Source: Octopus sinensis
Lineage: Eukaryota
Assembly (NCBI RefSeq): GCF_006345805.1
Contig: NC_043002.1
Location: 68,758,001-68,822,000, forward strand
Direction: 5' to 3'
Length of the DNA stretch: 64,000 bases
The notes beneath the pieces are model-generated. The model did no database searches. It was not told the DNA's origin and saw nothing but the letters and a program-made list of their open reading frames with translations. A program made the translations under genes and the position numbers. Of the stretch, positions 50,018-63,233 are shown one piece after another (within the stretch, counting starts at the first letter, position 1; the number at the start of each line of letters is the position of its first letter).

Positions 50018-52590
50018 CTAAAAAAAAATATTAAAAACCCCTTGAAATCTTCTACATAATAAAACATCAACAACTAAAACATACAACTTTAAAAAAAATA
50101 TAGTTTCAAATTTTGGCACAGGTAAGGGTACCCCTCAATTACATTGATCCCAGCACCTGACTGGTACTTTATTGTAATAACTCCCAAAAAAGTGAAAGGT
50201 AAAGTCAATTTTGGTGCAATCTAAACTGAGAATATAGAGCTGGAAGAAATTCCATTTAGTATTTTGTTCAATGCATTAACGATTCTGTCAGCCTGTTGCC
50301 TTAGTGTTTTAAAAAATATATCAATTTTCCATGAAATCTCAAAGAAATTCTTGATTAGACATCATCATCATCATTTAATGCCTGCTTTCTATGCTGGCAT
50401 GGGTTGGAGGGTTTGACTGAAAACTGATAGGCTGGCAGGGCTGCACCAGGTTCTGATCTGATTTGGTAAAGTTCTTATGGCTGGATGTCCTTCCTAATGA
50501 CAACCACTCCAAGAGTGTAGTGAGTGTCTTTTTACACACCACCAACACAGGTACCAGTGACCTGACACCAGTATTGGCCACGACTATGGTTTGACAGATC
50601 TACACAAGCACAGTATATTGCCAAAAGTCATGGTCACCTGTCACTACCTCCATAAGGCCCAATGCTTGATTGGTGCTTTTTACATGCCACCAGCACAGGT
50701 GCCAGTTAAATGGCACTGGCATCAACTATGGCTACAATTTCACTTGGTTCGACAGGTCTTCACAAGCACAGCATATTGCCCAATGATTGAAGAATGCTTT
50801 TAATGGGCAAGTTACGCAACACTGGCATCGGCCATGACTACGATCTCACTTGGCTTGATGTCACTGCCTCCATGAGGCCCTATTAAAAAAATTTGGCAAA
50901 TATTCCTGAAATGTCTGGTTAAATTGGAGATCAGCACACTAGGCTTTACAAAAGCAAATTAAAACCAAAGTTGCATTATTGATCAATAGCATTCAAGACT
51001 AATTTGAGACATTAACAATACAATTTTAATGAATTCTATTTTTTGGTAAGTTTGCTTTGTTTGAAAAAAAAAAAAAAACAAGTGTAAACCATTGACTCAA
51101 CAATACTACATTACTAGTATCAAATGTTATTGATCCTAGGGAAATGAAAAGTATAGTTAGTAGTTGTGTGGAATTTCAGCTCAGAACCATGTGGTACCAA
51201 ACTAGGTGCAGTGTAATGCTTAATACAGCATTCAGCCATTTGCACCTATGCACTCAATATTTACATATGTAAAATACCAATTTTTTGTTTCAAATTTGAA
51301 AGACAAAATTAAATCTGGTTGATGTTAACTTTACTTTTGATTCTGTTAGCAGCAAGGTTAATGAAATAAATAACAGTAATACATTGAGAGTAAGGGCTCA
51401 CACATATACAAAAGACCCTAATATTAAAAAATTATTATACAGAAGCAAGCTGGTAGAATGCCTAGCAGCATTTTGTCTGTCTTTATACTCTGTGTTCAAA
51501 TTCTACCGTTTATTCTTTTGAGATCAATAAGTACCAGTTAAGGACTGGGGTTGATGTAATCACCTTACCTCCTCCTTTGAAATTGTTGGCCTTGTGCCAA
51601 AATTTGAAACCAATATTAAACAATTATTAATGACCTAAAAACAGTAAAACAAAACAAAAAGAAAGATGAACTTAATTGGTATCAGAGGTAGTGATATGAA
51701 AAGAAGGTTCTAGACCACTGATTTTATGGTTTACCAACAAAGGATAAGCATATTATCAGATGAGCTTCTGCACAGTTTTCTTTTATCAAATTTCACTCAC
51801 AAGGCTTTGGTTCATTTGGAGCTATTGTAGGAGACACTTGCCCAGAGTGCCATGAAGTAGGACTGAACCCAGAACAACATGGGTTGTGAAATAAGCTTTT
51901 AATCACATGGACATGCCTACGCTCATTCCCTCAGTGTTCAAGCAATTTTTACCAGACTTAATCCATTACCTGATTTAACACCACCACTTGACTCTTGGGT
52001 GCTTTTAGCAGGGTTCATTCTATAGTAAGTATCCAAGCCTAGTTTCAGGTCCGAAGACAACTTCCCCTTTTCTTCCCATGAGTCTCAGAAGTTTTGTAAA
52101 AGGCCATGGATGTTGTATTTCCTCCTCTTACTACATAAGAAAATAAAATCGTGATCTGGGCTGTAATGAGATATGTTATTGTGCAGTCTGTTCAGCTAAA
52201 GTGGTTGCTAGTCTTATTTCACAGCTGAGCAGTTAACATTAGGAGGAGCACTACATCAGTAGTGTGGCAGGATCATAACAGCATCAGACATAATGTTTTG
52301 CAGTTAGTTATGGATCTTTACATTCTGTGTTCAAGTCTTGAAGAGGTCAACTTTGCCCTTCATTCTTCTTCAGTCAACAAAAAGTATCAGTGAGATATTG
52401 GAGTCAATTTAATGAACTATACTTGCTCCCTAAAAAATGTGTGGCCTTGTGCTAATATCAGAAATGAAGAGCATCTCACTGTTAAAACCAATTCTTCAGC
52501 AATTTATATTCCATTATTAAAATGTCTTGGAGTATGTCATCTATGTTAGAATGAAAAAGTGAATGCAAAACAGCTTTTCAAAATAATCAC

Positions 52591-52747
52591 CTTTTCGACA
52601 GGCTCTTTTAATTCTAACTGTTCCAAATCTGCTGCAGCATTATCAGCAGAATCTTCAGTTTTTGCTTCATCGTCGGAACTTTTGTCTTCATCACATTCAT
52701 CTTCTTGTTTTTTACGGCGCTTCTTCTCACCTGTTGTCTTCTTTTCA
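52591..52747 (-). CDS. KLHDC4: KLHDC4 ortholog, coding exon, 157 nt (basic/acidic insert)
   Basis: ttcattAG|T GAA AAG...GAA AAG|GTGATT. Encodes (N)EKKTTGEKKRRKKQEDECDEDKSSDDEAKTEDSADNAAADLEQLELKEPVEK. The internal AG at 52731-52732 would give an immediate TGA, so the upstream acceptor is the compatible one. Confidence 0.9.
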
Positions 52748-52884
52748 CTAATGAAAAATATAACAAAAACCACAATATGTAAGAAGGGTGTTGTACCTGA
52801 GTTGGAGTATTGTGATAAAGAAGTAAAATATCGAAATAGTGAAGACAGAGAACTTCTTACAATGTAAAAAAGGAAAAGTGTAAC

Positions 52885-53293
52885 AATCTTTACTCTCTTT
52901 ACTCTTTTACTTGTTTCAGTCATTTGACTGTGGCCATGCTGGAGCACCGCCTTCAGTCGAAGAAATCGACCCCAGGACTTATTCTTTGTAAGCCTAGTAC
53001 TTATTCTATTGGTCTCTTTTGCAGAACCACTAAGTTATGGGGACGTAAACACACCAGCATTGGTTGTCAAGCGATGTTGTGGGACAAACACAAACACACA
53101 CACACATATATATATATACACATATATATGACAGGCTTCTTTCAGTTTCTGTCTAACAAATCCACTCACAAGGCTTTGGTCGGCCCGAGGCTACAGTAGA
53201 AGACACTTGCCCAAGGTGCCACGCAGTGGGACTGAACCCAGAACCATATGGTTGGTAAACAAGCTACTTACCACACAGCCACTCCTGTACCTA
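52885..53293 (-). mobile_element. SINE family A in a KLHDC4 intron
   Basis: Full-length copy. Confidence 0.9.
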
Positions 53294-53695
53294 TATATAT
53301 TTTAGACAGAAAAGTCCATCAAAAGCAAATCTAAGTCTTGTAAAATTCTGACCATATTGATTATTATTGTTTAGACAGCAACCCTGTGGTGTCTGTATGA
53401 GTGAGTTGTGAGTACACTACCACTGTTCCTACTATGAACTCTGCCACCAATAGTGGCACCATTTGGGGAATGGCTGCTGTTAATGCCTATCGCTGCCATC
53501 ACCACTCACATGGATACCACAGGAGTTGTTGTCCACACAACGATCAACATGGTTGGTACTCACATTTTTTGACTGTTTACTTCTGATGCAGGGCCTTTGT
53601 AGTTGAAATAGATAAGGGTTTCCTTTTCACATAGTAAAAAGCTCTCCATCTTCACTATTTTGTTATTTTACACAACATTTAATAATATATTATGA

Positions 53696-54005
53696 TGTAC
53701 TTGCATAGCAAGTGACCTGATCTGAGAATGTGTGCTGGAACGAAAACAATTGCAGCATGGAACGTGTTTATAAGCCATTTAAGAAACACACAAAATCCGT
53801 GAGATTCCCTTCAACATTTAAATTTAATTTGTCGAAATATTTTTGTCGCTTTGAGACCGTGACCTGTTCACTGACAAAATTCCGTGCTGAATTTTGTCAG
53901 CGACAAAAATATTTTGACAAATTAAATTTAAATGTTGAAGTGAATCTAATGGATTTTGTGTGTTTCTTAAATGGCTTATAAACACCTTCCATACTGCAAT
54001 TGTTT
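53696..54005. mobile_element. Long-arm palindromic MITE-like element in a KLHDC4 intron
   Basis: Arms 53744-53850 and 53899-54005 (~107 bp); inner hairpin CTGACAAAATT/AATTTTGTCAG. Confidence 0.88.
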
Positions 54006-54171
54006 AATAATATAGTAAATGAAATAAGTTATGTGCGATTGTGAAGAATGTTGGCTGACAGATTTAGCTTATGACGATGATGTAGACATATACACAATGT
54101 AGTATATTAGCTACAGTGAAGTGACTCAAAGCATTTTAACACTGATATCAAGTTTAGAAAATAAGACATAC

Positions 54172-54263
54172 TTGATTGATATTTTGTTCCAGTAAGCCTT
54201 CTCAAGATCAACGGAATATAAATCATTAAAGAATTTACTGGTGATGCTTTCTTCATTTTCTTC
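54172..54263 (-). CDS. KLHDC4: KLHDC4 ortholog, coding exon, 92 nt (absent from the ORF track)
   Basis: gttttAG|GAA GAA AAT...ATC AA|GTATGT. Encodes EENEESITSKFFNDLYSVDLEKAYWNKISI, matching the KLHDC4 motif EEEESLxGEFFNDLY. Confidence 0.95.
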
Positions 54264-55238
54264 CTAAAACAACAGGACATTGTTAAAAGATTAATGCAAA
54301 GGAGTATATTAGGGAGTAAACAAGATTTAAAAACATGAATTATCTAGCCACATTGACTTCTTTTCAAAGGATGAAGTCTGCACTTGTATATCTATATAAA
54401 CATGCAACTCTCCCTCTCACTTGGATGTTGGTGTCAAAGACTGTAACTATCCTCCATTACTTTTATCATGCTACAGAAAAAAAAATTTTTTTCTGGATAA
54501 TATGCTAATTTATTGCACATAATTTTCCTTAAACAATTATTAATGACATAAAAACAGTAAAACAAAACAAAAAGAAAGATGAACTTAATTGGTATCAGAG
54601 GTAGTGATATGAAAAGAAAGTTCTAGACCACTGATTTTATGGTTTACCAACCAAGAATAAGCACATTATCCAATGAGCTTCTGCACAGTTTTCTTTTATC
54701 AAATTTTATTAATTTTCCTCATATCTATTCCCCATCAAGATAAATTGAAGTAATGTAAAATAACATAAATTACTAAGTAGGATATACTACTAGTAAATTT
54801 GAACTCAAAAACTATGATCAAATATTTTGCTTCATATTCATGGAAGATGGAATTGTCAAGTTATGACATTCTTGCTCTTTGAAATGGCATTAGCAATGTA
54901 AATGAAATTGAAATCACTGAGAACCCTCTGTAATATCATCATGAGCACTTTGGTTCCATAGTTCCTAATTAAAGAGGTATTTGATATTTAAAAAAAAAAA
55001 ATTTTATTTAGAATACAAGATTTAAGATATATTGTTTTAATAAAATTAGCCTCAATGACAAAGGAGCAACACAACTTGTACAAATATTCTATTCTTGTTT
55101 TGTGAAATGCAAATATAAGACAAAATATGATAGGTTATGAATTTGTTTCACATAAACTATTTTAAAATGAAACAACACTATGTGAAGAAGGTGAAGAAGA
55201 TGAACCAAATATTTTGGAAATTTTTTAGAAATACTTAC

Positions 55239-55390
55239 ATCATCATAGACTCCACCAAAGCATATGGCATGATTTGAACCTGGTACCACAACGGAAGGCA
55301 TACTGCTTCGTGGGTCAGGACAAAAGCCAGACTGCTTCACAGGTTGCCATTTCCAGTGTAATGACACCATACTGCTTTTCTCTTGTTTAC
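55239..55390 (-). CDS. KLHDC4: KLHDC4 ortholog, coding exon, 152 nt
   Basis: ccttcAG|GT AAA...GAT GAT|GTAAGT. Encodes (G)KQEKSSMVSLHWKWQPVKQSGFCPDPRSSMPSVVVPGSNHAICFGGVYDD, a kelch blade. Confidence 0.95.
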
Positions 55391-56149
55391 CTGAAGGGGA
55401 AGATGAAGGTGTTTTGTAACAAATAAAGACATAAGTTCTTGCACATGTTATGCTACTTGCTTGCCATTCCTACATAAGACATCCATTGCAACTATCCACT
55501 CTACTTCTTATTTCTTTACTGCCCACAGAGGGGACAAACAAGGACAGACAAATGGATTAAGTCGATTATATCGACCCCAGTGCGTAAATGGTACTTATTT
55601 AATTGACCCCGAAAGGATGAAAGGCAAAGTCGACCTCGACGGAATTTGAAGTCAGCAGACGAAATACTGCTAAGCATTTTGCCCGGCCTGCTAGCGTTTC
55701 TGCCAGCTTGCCGCCTTTACTTCTACTTTCCACTCTACTTCTTGCCAACCCAATGGCATTTCTCTCACAATTAAAGGATATTTCAGTCATCAGCAATTAT
55801 TCAATTATTTGTCCTTTCTTAACAGCATCCACCCCAACTCCACCTTCTTTAAAATTACAGTCTTCACTGACTTCAGTACAAATAATTCTCCTCATCTTCT
55901 TCGTTTTGCTAACACCACCAGGTGCAGAAGTCAAAAACATCTGCCAGTTTCAAAAGCATGCAGAAGCTAAGCTCTTCCTCACACCAGTGTCCCCTACAAA
56001 CATATTGAATCTACAAACACTTTCAGTTCTTCATCCCTTTCAAATCCAAACTCAGCTTAGACATTAGTTTATCTGTAATTAAAATATTTTCATATAACAT
56101 TCTCATCCTTGCATTTGCCTCACTCTAGTTAAACATACACAAGGGCCAG

Positions 56150-56375
56150 AGTCTAGCACAGATGCCAGTCATCGAATTTGATTTCGATTTCACTTGCCTC
56201 AACAGGTCTTCGCAAGCAGAGTGGGCTGGTCACACCCCTGGCATAGGCCACGAGGTTATGGTCTCACTTGGCTTGCCGGGCCTTCTCAAGCACAGTATAT
56301 TTCCAAAGGTCCCGGCCACTAGTCATTGCCTCAGTGAGGCCTAATGTTTGAAGGTCATGCTTCACCACCTCATCC
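56150..56375 (-). mobile_element. RTE ORF2 extreme C-terminus plus start of the 3' UTR
   Basis: WDEVVKHDLQTLGLTEAMTSGRDLWKYTVLEKARQAK*, followed by UTR motifs also present in the hairpin-unit elements (GTGCTTGAG..GACC, AAGACCTGTTGAG.CAAGTG). Confidence 0.8.
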
Positions 56376-57644
56376 CATGATAATAATGATGATGATGAAG
56401 AATAATAGTTCAAAAAATAAGAATGTTTATTATTTATGTGTATTTTTAATGGGAAAGATAACAGTTTCTCCAACAAAATCTATGTATAATTTAAAAAAAA
56501 TCATTTTGACATGGAAAGAAAACATTGTGTGGTTACAATATGATCCAGTAACACAAATCCTTTAACTGAATGTCTAAACAATCACAGCTCAGAATACTAT
56601 CACAAAAACATCCTTGAATCACTATTTCTCCAACTTGACCTAGTCTAATATAAAGTATACATATCAAAATAGTTGCAACATTAATTGCAGCACAGAATTT
56701 ACTTCCTTCTGGATTGCCAACCTACTTCATAAGATTCTAAAGAGTGAAAACCAATCTGCATCTACTGAGCTTAATAACCTGTTTTTCTAAGCTGCCAAAA
56801 TGCTCAACCATAAATAAATTGGTTGAAGAACAGATGAAGTGCAACAAGCCTTGATTGCCATAATACACCCCAGTCAAAACTGCATGGTGGAGTAGGTAGT
56901 GTGGTCCGAAGACAAACTGTTCTACAGTATGCTCAGAAAGTGTACTTTTTATCCAAGCATTTGATACGTTACTTAACTCTTTAACAAAACTCAAAAATGA
57001 GATAAGCCACTTATGTATGATATCTTGAATATAACAATGAAAAATCAACAAATATGTATATATATATATTTATATATATATATAATATATATATATATAT
57101 ATGTACACATGCACACACATTTTATCCCCATCATTTTGATGCAGTTTTTCCATGCTGGCATGGATTACTTAATCTTATGGTTTACATTACATCATCTGGT
57201 ACAAGCAGCAATGTGGATTCTAAATCAATATTTTAAAAAGAAAAATGAATAAAAACCGGTAACATTCAATGATAAAAAAAAGATTTGCTACAGATGCAGA
57301 GTCTGGATAATTTATTAGATAAAAATGTAGAGAGACAGTATCTTTGAAGTCTCAAACACTTCTAACACACACACACACACTATATATATATTATTCAAAA
57401 CAGTTTGATTCAGATTCTGTGCTACTTTAACTTTTGCAGGCCCCTAATGGAGCCTGTCTCCTCAATCTGGAGCAATATCCAAGCCATATTCCACCAGCCT
57501 GAGGAAACAGGCTGTGTTAGGGGCCTTGTGAAACTTGAAGTAGCACAGAATCTGAATCAAACTGTTTTGAATAATACATATAACTCCCAATAAATGTGTT
57601 GAATGCTCTTTCTTTTGTTTGACCACTCACTCATATATATATAT

Positions 57645-57682
<38 letters not shown>

Positions 57683-58006
57683 TTGAAAGTCTCACCACAT
57701 TCTCGGAGTGGTTGGCATTAGGAAGGGCATCCAGCTGTAGAAACTCTGCTAGATCAGATTGGAGCCAGTCCTCAGTCAAATTGTCCAACCCATGCTAGCA
57801 TGGAAAGTGGACGTTAAACGATGATAATGATGATATTTGAAAATCTATGAGAATTACTTAATACAGTTTTTTGAAGTGCAAAGGTGATATTTAAAAAAAA
57901 ATTACTTAAAAAAAAAAAATGTTATGAAATCTTTTATCAGAATGTTAGTAACTTTTTGGGGAAGAAGTTTTTTCTAGTGTGCGAGTGCTTTCATTTAACC
58001 ATTTCA

Positions 58007-58375
<369 letters not shown>

Positions 58376-58759
58376 TTAAAGTAAATAAACCAAAATTATA
58401 AATCATGAATTGTAATACCTTTTAACATCTGTTTATATTCTGCTATTGACTTTTAACCCTTTTGTTATATTTCTGTTGAAATACACAATTAATTTTGACA
58501 ATAATGAAGAGCTTAGTAAAGGCAGTTTTTGAACAGCTTTTTCTACAATAGGCACAAGGCCAGAAATTTTGGTGGGCAGGGCTAGTCAATTACATTGACC
58601 CCAGTGCTCAACTGGTACTAATTTTATTAATTCCAAAAGGATGAAAGGCAGAGTCAATCTTCACAAAATTCGAACTTAGAATATAAAGATGGATGAAATA
58701 CCACTAAACATTTTGTCTGGTATGTTAATGATTTTTGCCAGCTCGCTTAACCATGAGGA

Positions 58760-59098
58760 GACCCTGCCCCCTTCGGTCATGAATGACCATGGGATTGCAC
58801 CCAGAAAGTTACCCTCCAATGCACAAGTCTGGGCAAGGTTGTTTGTGGAAGGCTAGCAGTCACCCATCCATACCAGCCTCCCCTATCCATGCCATTGATG
58901 TTATCCAAGGGAAAGGCAAAGGCTGATACAGCTTGGCACCAGTGATGTCACAACTCATTTCTACAGCTGAGTTAGCTGGAGCAACTTGAAATAAAGTGTC
59001 TTGGTCAAGAATACAACATGCAGCCCAGTCTGGGAATTGAACTCACAATCTCACGATCATAAGCTCGACGCTCTAACCACTGAGCCATTTACCTTCAC
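58760..59098 (-). mobile_element. SINE family D (tRNA head plus TCCTTGAGCAAGACACT-type domain)
   Basis: Minus strand TGGCTCAGTGGTTAGAGCG...GAGTTCAATTCC...TTCTTGACCAAGACACTTT. Related pieces at 680-895, 40630-40780 and 48640-48900. Confidence 0.75.
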
Positions 59099-59664
59099 AC
59101 CTTATCCATAATAATAATAATCCTTTCTGCTATAGGCACAAGGTCTGAAAATTTGGAGGAAGAAGTTAGTTGATTACATCGACCTTAGAGCTAAACTGGT
59201 ATTTATTTTATCAATCCTGAAAGGTAAAGCTGACCTGGTGGTATTTGAACTTGGAATGAAATGCCACTAAGCAGTTTACCCGGCATACTAATGATTCCAC
59301 CAGCTTGGCCACAAATCTAGAGAGAGAGGAGTCTCGTCAATTAAAGACAACCCCAGTGAATGACTGGGACTTTATTTTGTCAATCCTGGAAGGATGAAAG
59401 GCAAAGCTGATCTTGGTGGGATTTGAATTTAGAACATAAAAATCAGAACAAATGAATACCACAAAGCATTTTTTCTGATGCTCTAATGATCGTATGCTAC
59501 TAAATAATATTCCTTTCTACTACATGCACAAGACAGAAATTTTGGGGCATGGGGCTAATTGATTACGATCCCAGTACTCAATTGCTACTTATTTCATTGA
59601 TCCTGGAAGGATGGAAGGCAAAGTAGATCTCAGTGGCATTTGAGGCTACTAAATAAAAATAATA

Positions 59665-60039
59665 ATAGGAATGGCTGTGTGGTAAGTAGCTTGCTTACGA
59701 ACCACATGGTTCCGGGTTCAGTGCCAATGTGTGGCACCTTGGGCAAGTGTCTTCTACTATAGCCTTGGGCCGACCAAAGCCTTGTGAGTGGATTTGGAAA
59801 CTGAAAGAAGCCGGTCGTATATATGTATATGTGTGTGTGTGTATATGTTTGTGTGTCTGTGTTTGTAACCCCACCATTGCATGACAACCGATGCTGGTGT
59901 GTTTACGTACCCGTAACATAGCAGTTCGGTAAAAGAGACCGATAGAATAAGTACTAGGCTTACAAAGAATAAGTCCTGGGGTCAATTTGCTCGACTCCAG
60001 CATGGCCACAGTCAAATGACTGAAACAAGTAAAAGAGTA
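59665..60039 (+). mobile_element. SINE family A in a KLHDC4 intron
   Basis: Full-length copy, opposite in orientation to 52885-53293. Confidence 0.9.
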
Positions 60040-60787
60040 TTTCTAATATAGGTGAAAGCTAGAAATTTTGTAGTGGTTCAGTCAATATCACCTACTACGA
60101 TGCTTGGCTGGTATTTTATTGGTCTTGAAATGTAAAACGCCAGAACATATAATATTAATAGTAATAATAAAAGATGGGACTACAGCAAATATTCTGCTCA
60201 ATACCACAGATTTGCTCATCAGTTGTTTGACCGTAACCAGTTGAGCATCTCTGATCATGAGCAGAAGTAGTGGAGGAGCATCATAGCCATGTGTTGACAG
60301 GAATTCTTTGGGGACTGGATAATTCACCATCCTTAAACAACCCTTATTCAGGGACCTTTTGAGTGGGATCGGCTACTCGACCTGAAGAAAATTCTAACTG
60401 GACCCCACCTGCAAAGTCATGCGCTGTTAATCTTGATATGAGATCACCATGTCATGCACACATGGTTGTGATGCATGTACCTGGTGTACCTTTATCAGAT
60501 GGGTAGTCATGATGGGTATACTGGGCTTTATATATTTTACCCAGAGTCACTTTGATGGCATGCACTGCTCTCTCACTCAATAATAATAATATTGATAATA
60601 TTTTCTAGTATAGGTACAAGGCCTGAAATTTGGGTCGAAGGGGGCTAGTTGATTATATCGATCCCAGTGTTTCATTGGTACTTAATTTATCAACTTCAAA
60701 AGGATGAAAGGCAAAGTCAACCCCAGTGGAATTTGAACTCAGACAGTGAAGATTCTGCCAGCTTGCTGCCTTAATAATAATAATAAT

Positions 60788-61690
60788 AACAAGAGCAGTC
60801 AGAGAGCACAGATGTCCATCAAGGCAACATCAATGTCCTCTCAATTATTAGCTGGAGATGATTTTTAAAATGAGAATATCTGAATTAAACTCGACTGCTC
60901 TCAAACAAGAATACTAAAAATGGACCCAACCGCTCTCAAAAATTAAGTAAAAAAACCCAGAAAATAATCAAGAATCCTTGTCTGGTACCTGATCAATCAC
61001 TATGGTAGCCATGGAATGTGAAGGTAGGTGTGTGGGCTGTGTTTGTAATGCTGTGTGTGTGCTGTCTGCAGTGGGAACAGGGACAGTTTTCTCTATGAAG
61101 GCCTTTTTTAGTCTATCCACTGATATAGTATCTTTATGACCATTAAAGTCCTTAGTGAAAAATTTATCTGTGTATGAAAGAAAACAGAAAGGATCTGCAT
61201 ATGGTGCTGTTAACAGAGGTTTAACAAGATCATTGCACACAAAAACATGAGTCCAAGAAGTAAAGCTTCCTTGAAGTCAGAGCTGGAAATGCAATTGTCA
61301 AATAGCTAAGAGGTTTTAAACAGGAGTGATGTATTCTAAATTGGTAAAACTAAAAATTGTTGAGGATAATGAAAATAAAACTCTGGAAACAGCAACGCCG
61401 CCATAACTTACGTGGAAACCATGAGCATGCTTTCAAGGGAGATAATCAGAGAAAGACTTGAAAGTGAACATAAGATCGTAATACTTCATATAAAGTAAAT
61501 ATAACAAATAATCCAGAATCCTTGTCTGGTAGCAAATTGATCCCAAAATTTAATCAGTTCATGCCAGTCATGAGGCCAAACATTCCTGAAGTTTCATCCA
61601 AATCCATCTGGCGGTTCTTGAGATATTTTGTCCATGGACAAACAAACACGTCTGAAAACAATACCTCTATCTTCGCTAAGGCGGAGATAA
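60788..61690 (+). mobile_element. Helentron/HINE-like non-autonomous element containing a Gypsy fragment
   Basis: 5' AACAAGAGC...CAAGGCAA; 3' AAAACAATACCTCTATCTTCGCTAAGGCGGAGATAA(TAA)n with a decayed terminal hairpin; AAGTTTCATCCAAATCC motif. Confidence 0.6.
61000..61290 (-). mobile_element. Ty3/Gypsy integrase C-terminal fragment
   Basis: SWTHVFVCNDLVKPLLTAPYADPFCFLSYTDKFFTKDFNGHKDTISVDRLKKAF matches the Gypsy pattern THVFVRxD...L..PY.GPF.V.......F.....G..DTVSIDRLKPA. Confidence 0.85.
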
Positions 61691-61701
61691 TAATAATAAT
61701 A

Positions 61702-61734
<33 letters not shown>

Positions 61735-61752
61735 TAATAATAATGATAATAC

Positions 61753-61845
61753 CTATAGTTGTCATTGAAACCACCAAAAACTACCAACATTTTTTTGTAG
61801 TTAACCATACGATGGCCACTTCGAGATGAAGGTCCTCCGACAGCC
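61753..61845 (-). CDS. KLHDC4: KLHDC4 ortholog, internal coding exon (first in window), 93 nt
   Basis: Minus strand: cattttAG|G GCT GTC GGA... encodes AVGGPSSRSGHRMVNYKKMLVVFGGFNDNY(R), then |GTATTA. Matches the KLHDC4 kelch repeat GGPSxRSGHRMV...FGGF. Confidence 0.93.
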
Positions 61846-63202
61846 CTAAAATGAAAATTATGAAAGGAAAGAACAAGTAAAATGAATTATTCTTAGATAA
61901 CCAAAACAATTCAAAATATATAATAACAAAAGACAAATTATCAACACAAAAAATGGGCTGAGGTATGAGCTATCAAAAAGGACAATACACGGATTATATT
62001 TAATTGTTCAATCAACTGCCCATGCCATCAATTAGATGTGACCAGAGCTGCATTTATAAGTTTTTCATTTCCTCTGAGATAAAGTTAAGTTGGGTTAAAT
62101 ATTTTACCCATAAACCTAATACAAGGTAAATACAGTAGAGAAACTCATCTATATGCTATAAAACTGACATGTAGTCCACAAAAATACTGAGGTTCACATT
62201 AATATGTTCATTTTCTCGTTTAACATCTGCTTTTCCAAGCAAGCATGATGGAAATAGGAACTAACTTTGGGGCAAGACTTTAAGGTCAGATATTCTTCCT
62301 ATCATAATTCTCACATGTTTTTTAGGTAAAGAATTTATTTCTTCCATAGGTCTTAAAAAGTGCAAAAAAGCTGGACATAGTGTCAACAATGAGTGTTGAC
62401 ATTAGTACTGCATCTCTCAAACTGACTAAATATCAACATTCATGCATATTTTCACACATGTATAGACATACACATACATGCATACACACACAAATGAGCA
62501 ATGGGCTTAGTACAGTTTCTGTCTACCAAATGCATTAAAGAGGTATAGACTAGTTTGGAGCAATAGAAGACACTTGCCAAAGGAATCTGCAAAGCAAGCT
62601 TCTTAACCATACAGCCATACCAGTACTAATGCATACAAACTACCAAGAAGTGTGTCTGAGACATGTATAACACATAACACTCAAAAGGATGTAAAAATGT
62701 AGATGTCTCAAAAGTCCCAACAGACTTTTAAAGAATCAGTATTTAGCATTGATTTCATAGCATCAAGTAGATAAGAAATATATGTTGCTCCTGGGTAGAC
62801 TGCTAGTCTATTGCAAGTAGCATTCCCAGATAACATGGTTTCTATTCCTAAAAGATAGATGGATTAAAAACAGTGTTAATTGTACTGCTCATACACAACA
62901 ATAACTGATAATCCAACAACATTAAATTTGTCAGTACATCCAGTGGTAATCCAGGTGGAGTGGTGGTATGTAGATGAGGAGAGGTGCAGAAAGTTTGGGA
63001 AGTGGTTAAGATGCGCAAGTTTAAAGAATAGGAATTTAAGGCAGGATAAAACTAGGGTGACCATGTGAGCGCATAATGTATAGTTAAAATTTTTATCAAA
63101 AAAAAAAAGAGACAAAGACAGGTGTATGAACAATAAGCAGGTGTATCACTAAATCTACAAGTTTTTATCATTCACTCTCTGTTTATTTTCTCTTATTCCT
63201 TT

Positions 63203-63233
63203 CTGCTGAAGAGCGTAGGCTTGAAACGTAAAA
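63203..63233 (+). ncRNA. Degenerate hammerhead-like motif within an inverted-repeat-flanked segment
   Basis: CTGAAGA-gcgtaggctt-GAAAC-GTA. Stem I is unpaired. Flanked by inverted repeats at about 63111-63148 and 63263-63310. Confidence 0.35.

Noticed and set aside
56737-57051. 104-aa minus-strand ORF as an extra KLHDC4 exon or transposase
   Set aside because: No kelch or transposase motif recognised, and the flanking exons already join in frame without it.
62880-63070. Upstream KLHDC4 exon
   Set aside because: No GGEF/KDLW-type kelch sequence on the minus strand. At most a weak RTE remnant (WY..DEERC) on the plus strand. The next exon is presumably beyond 64000.
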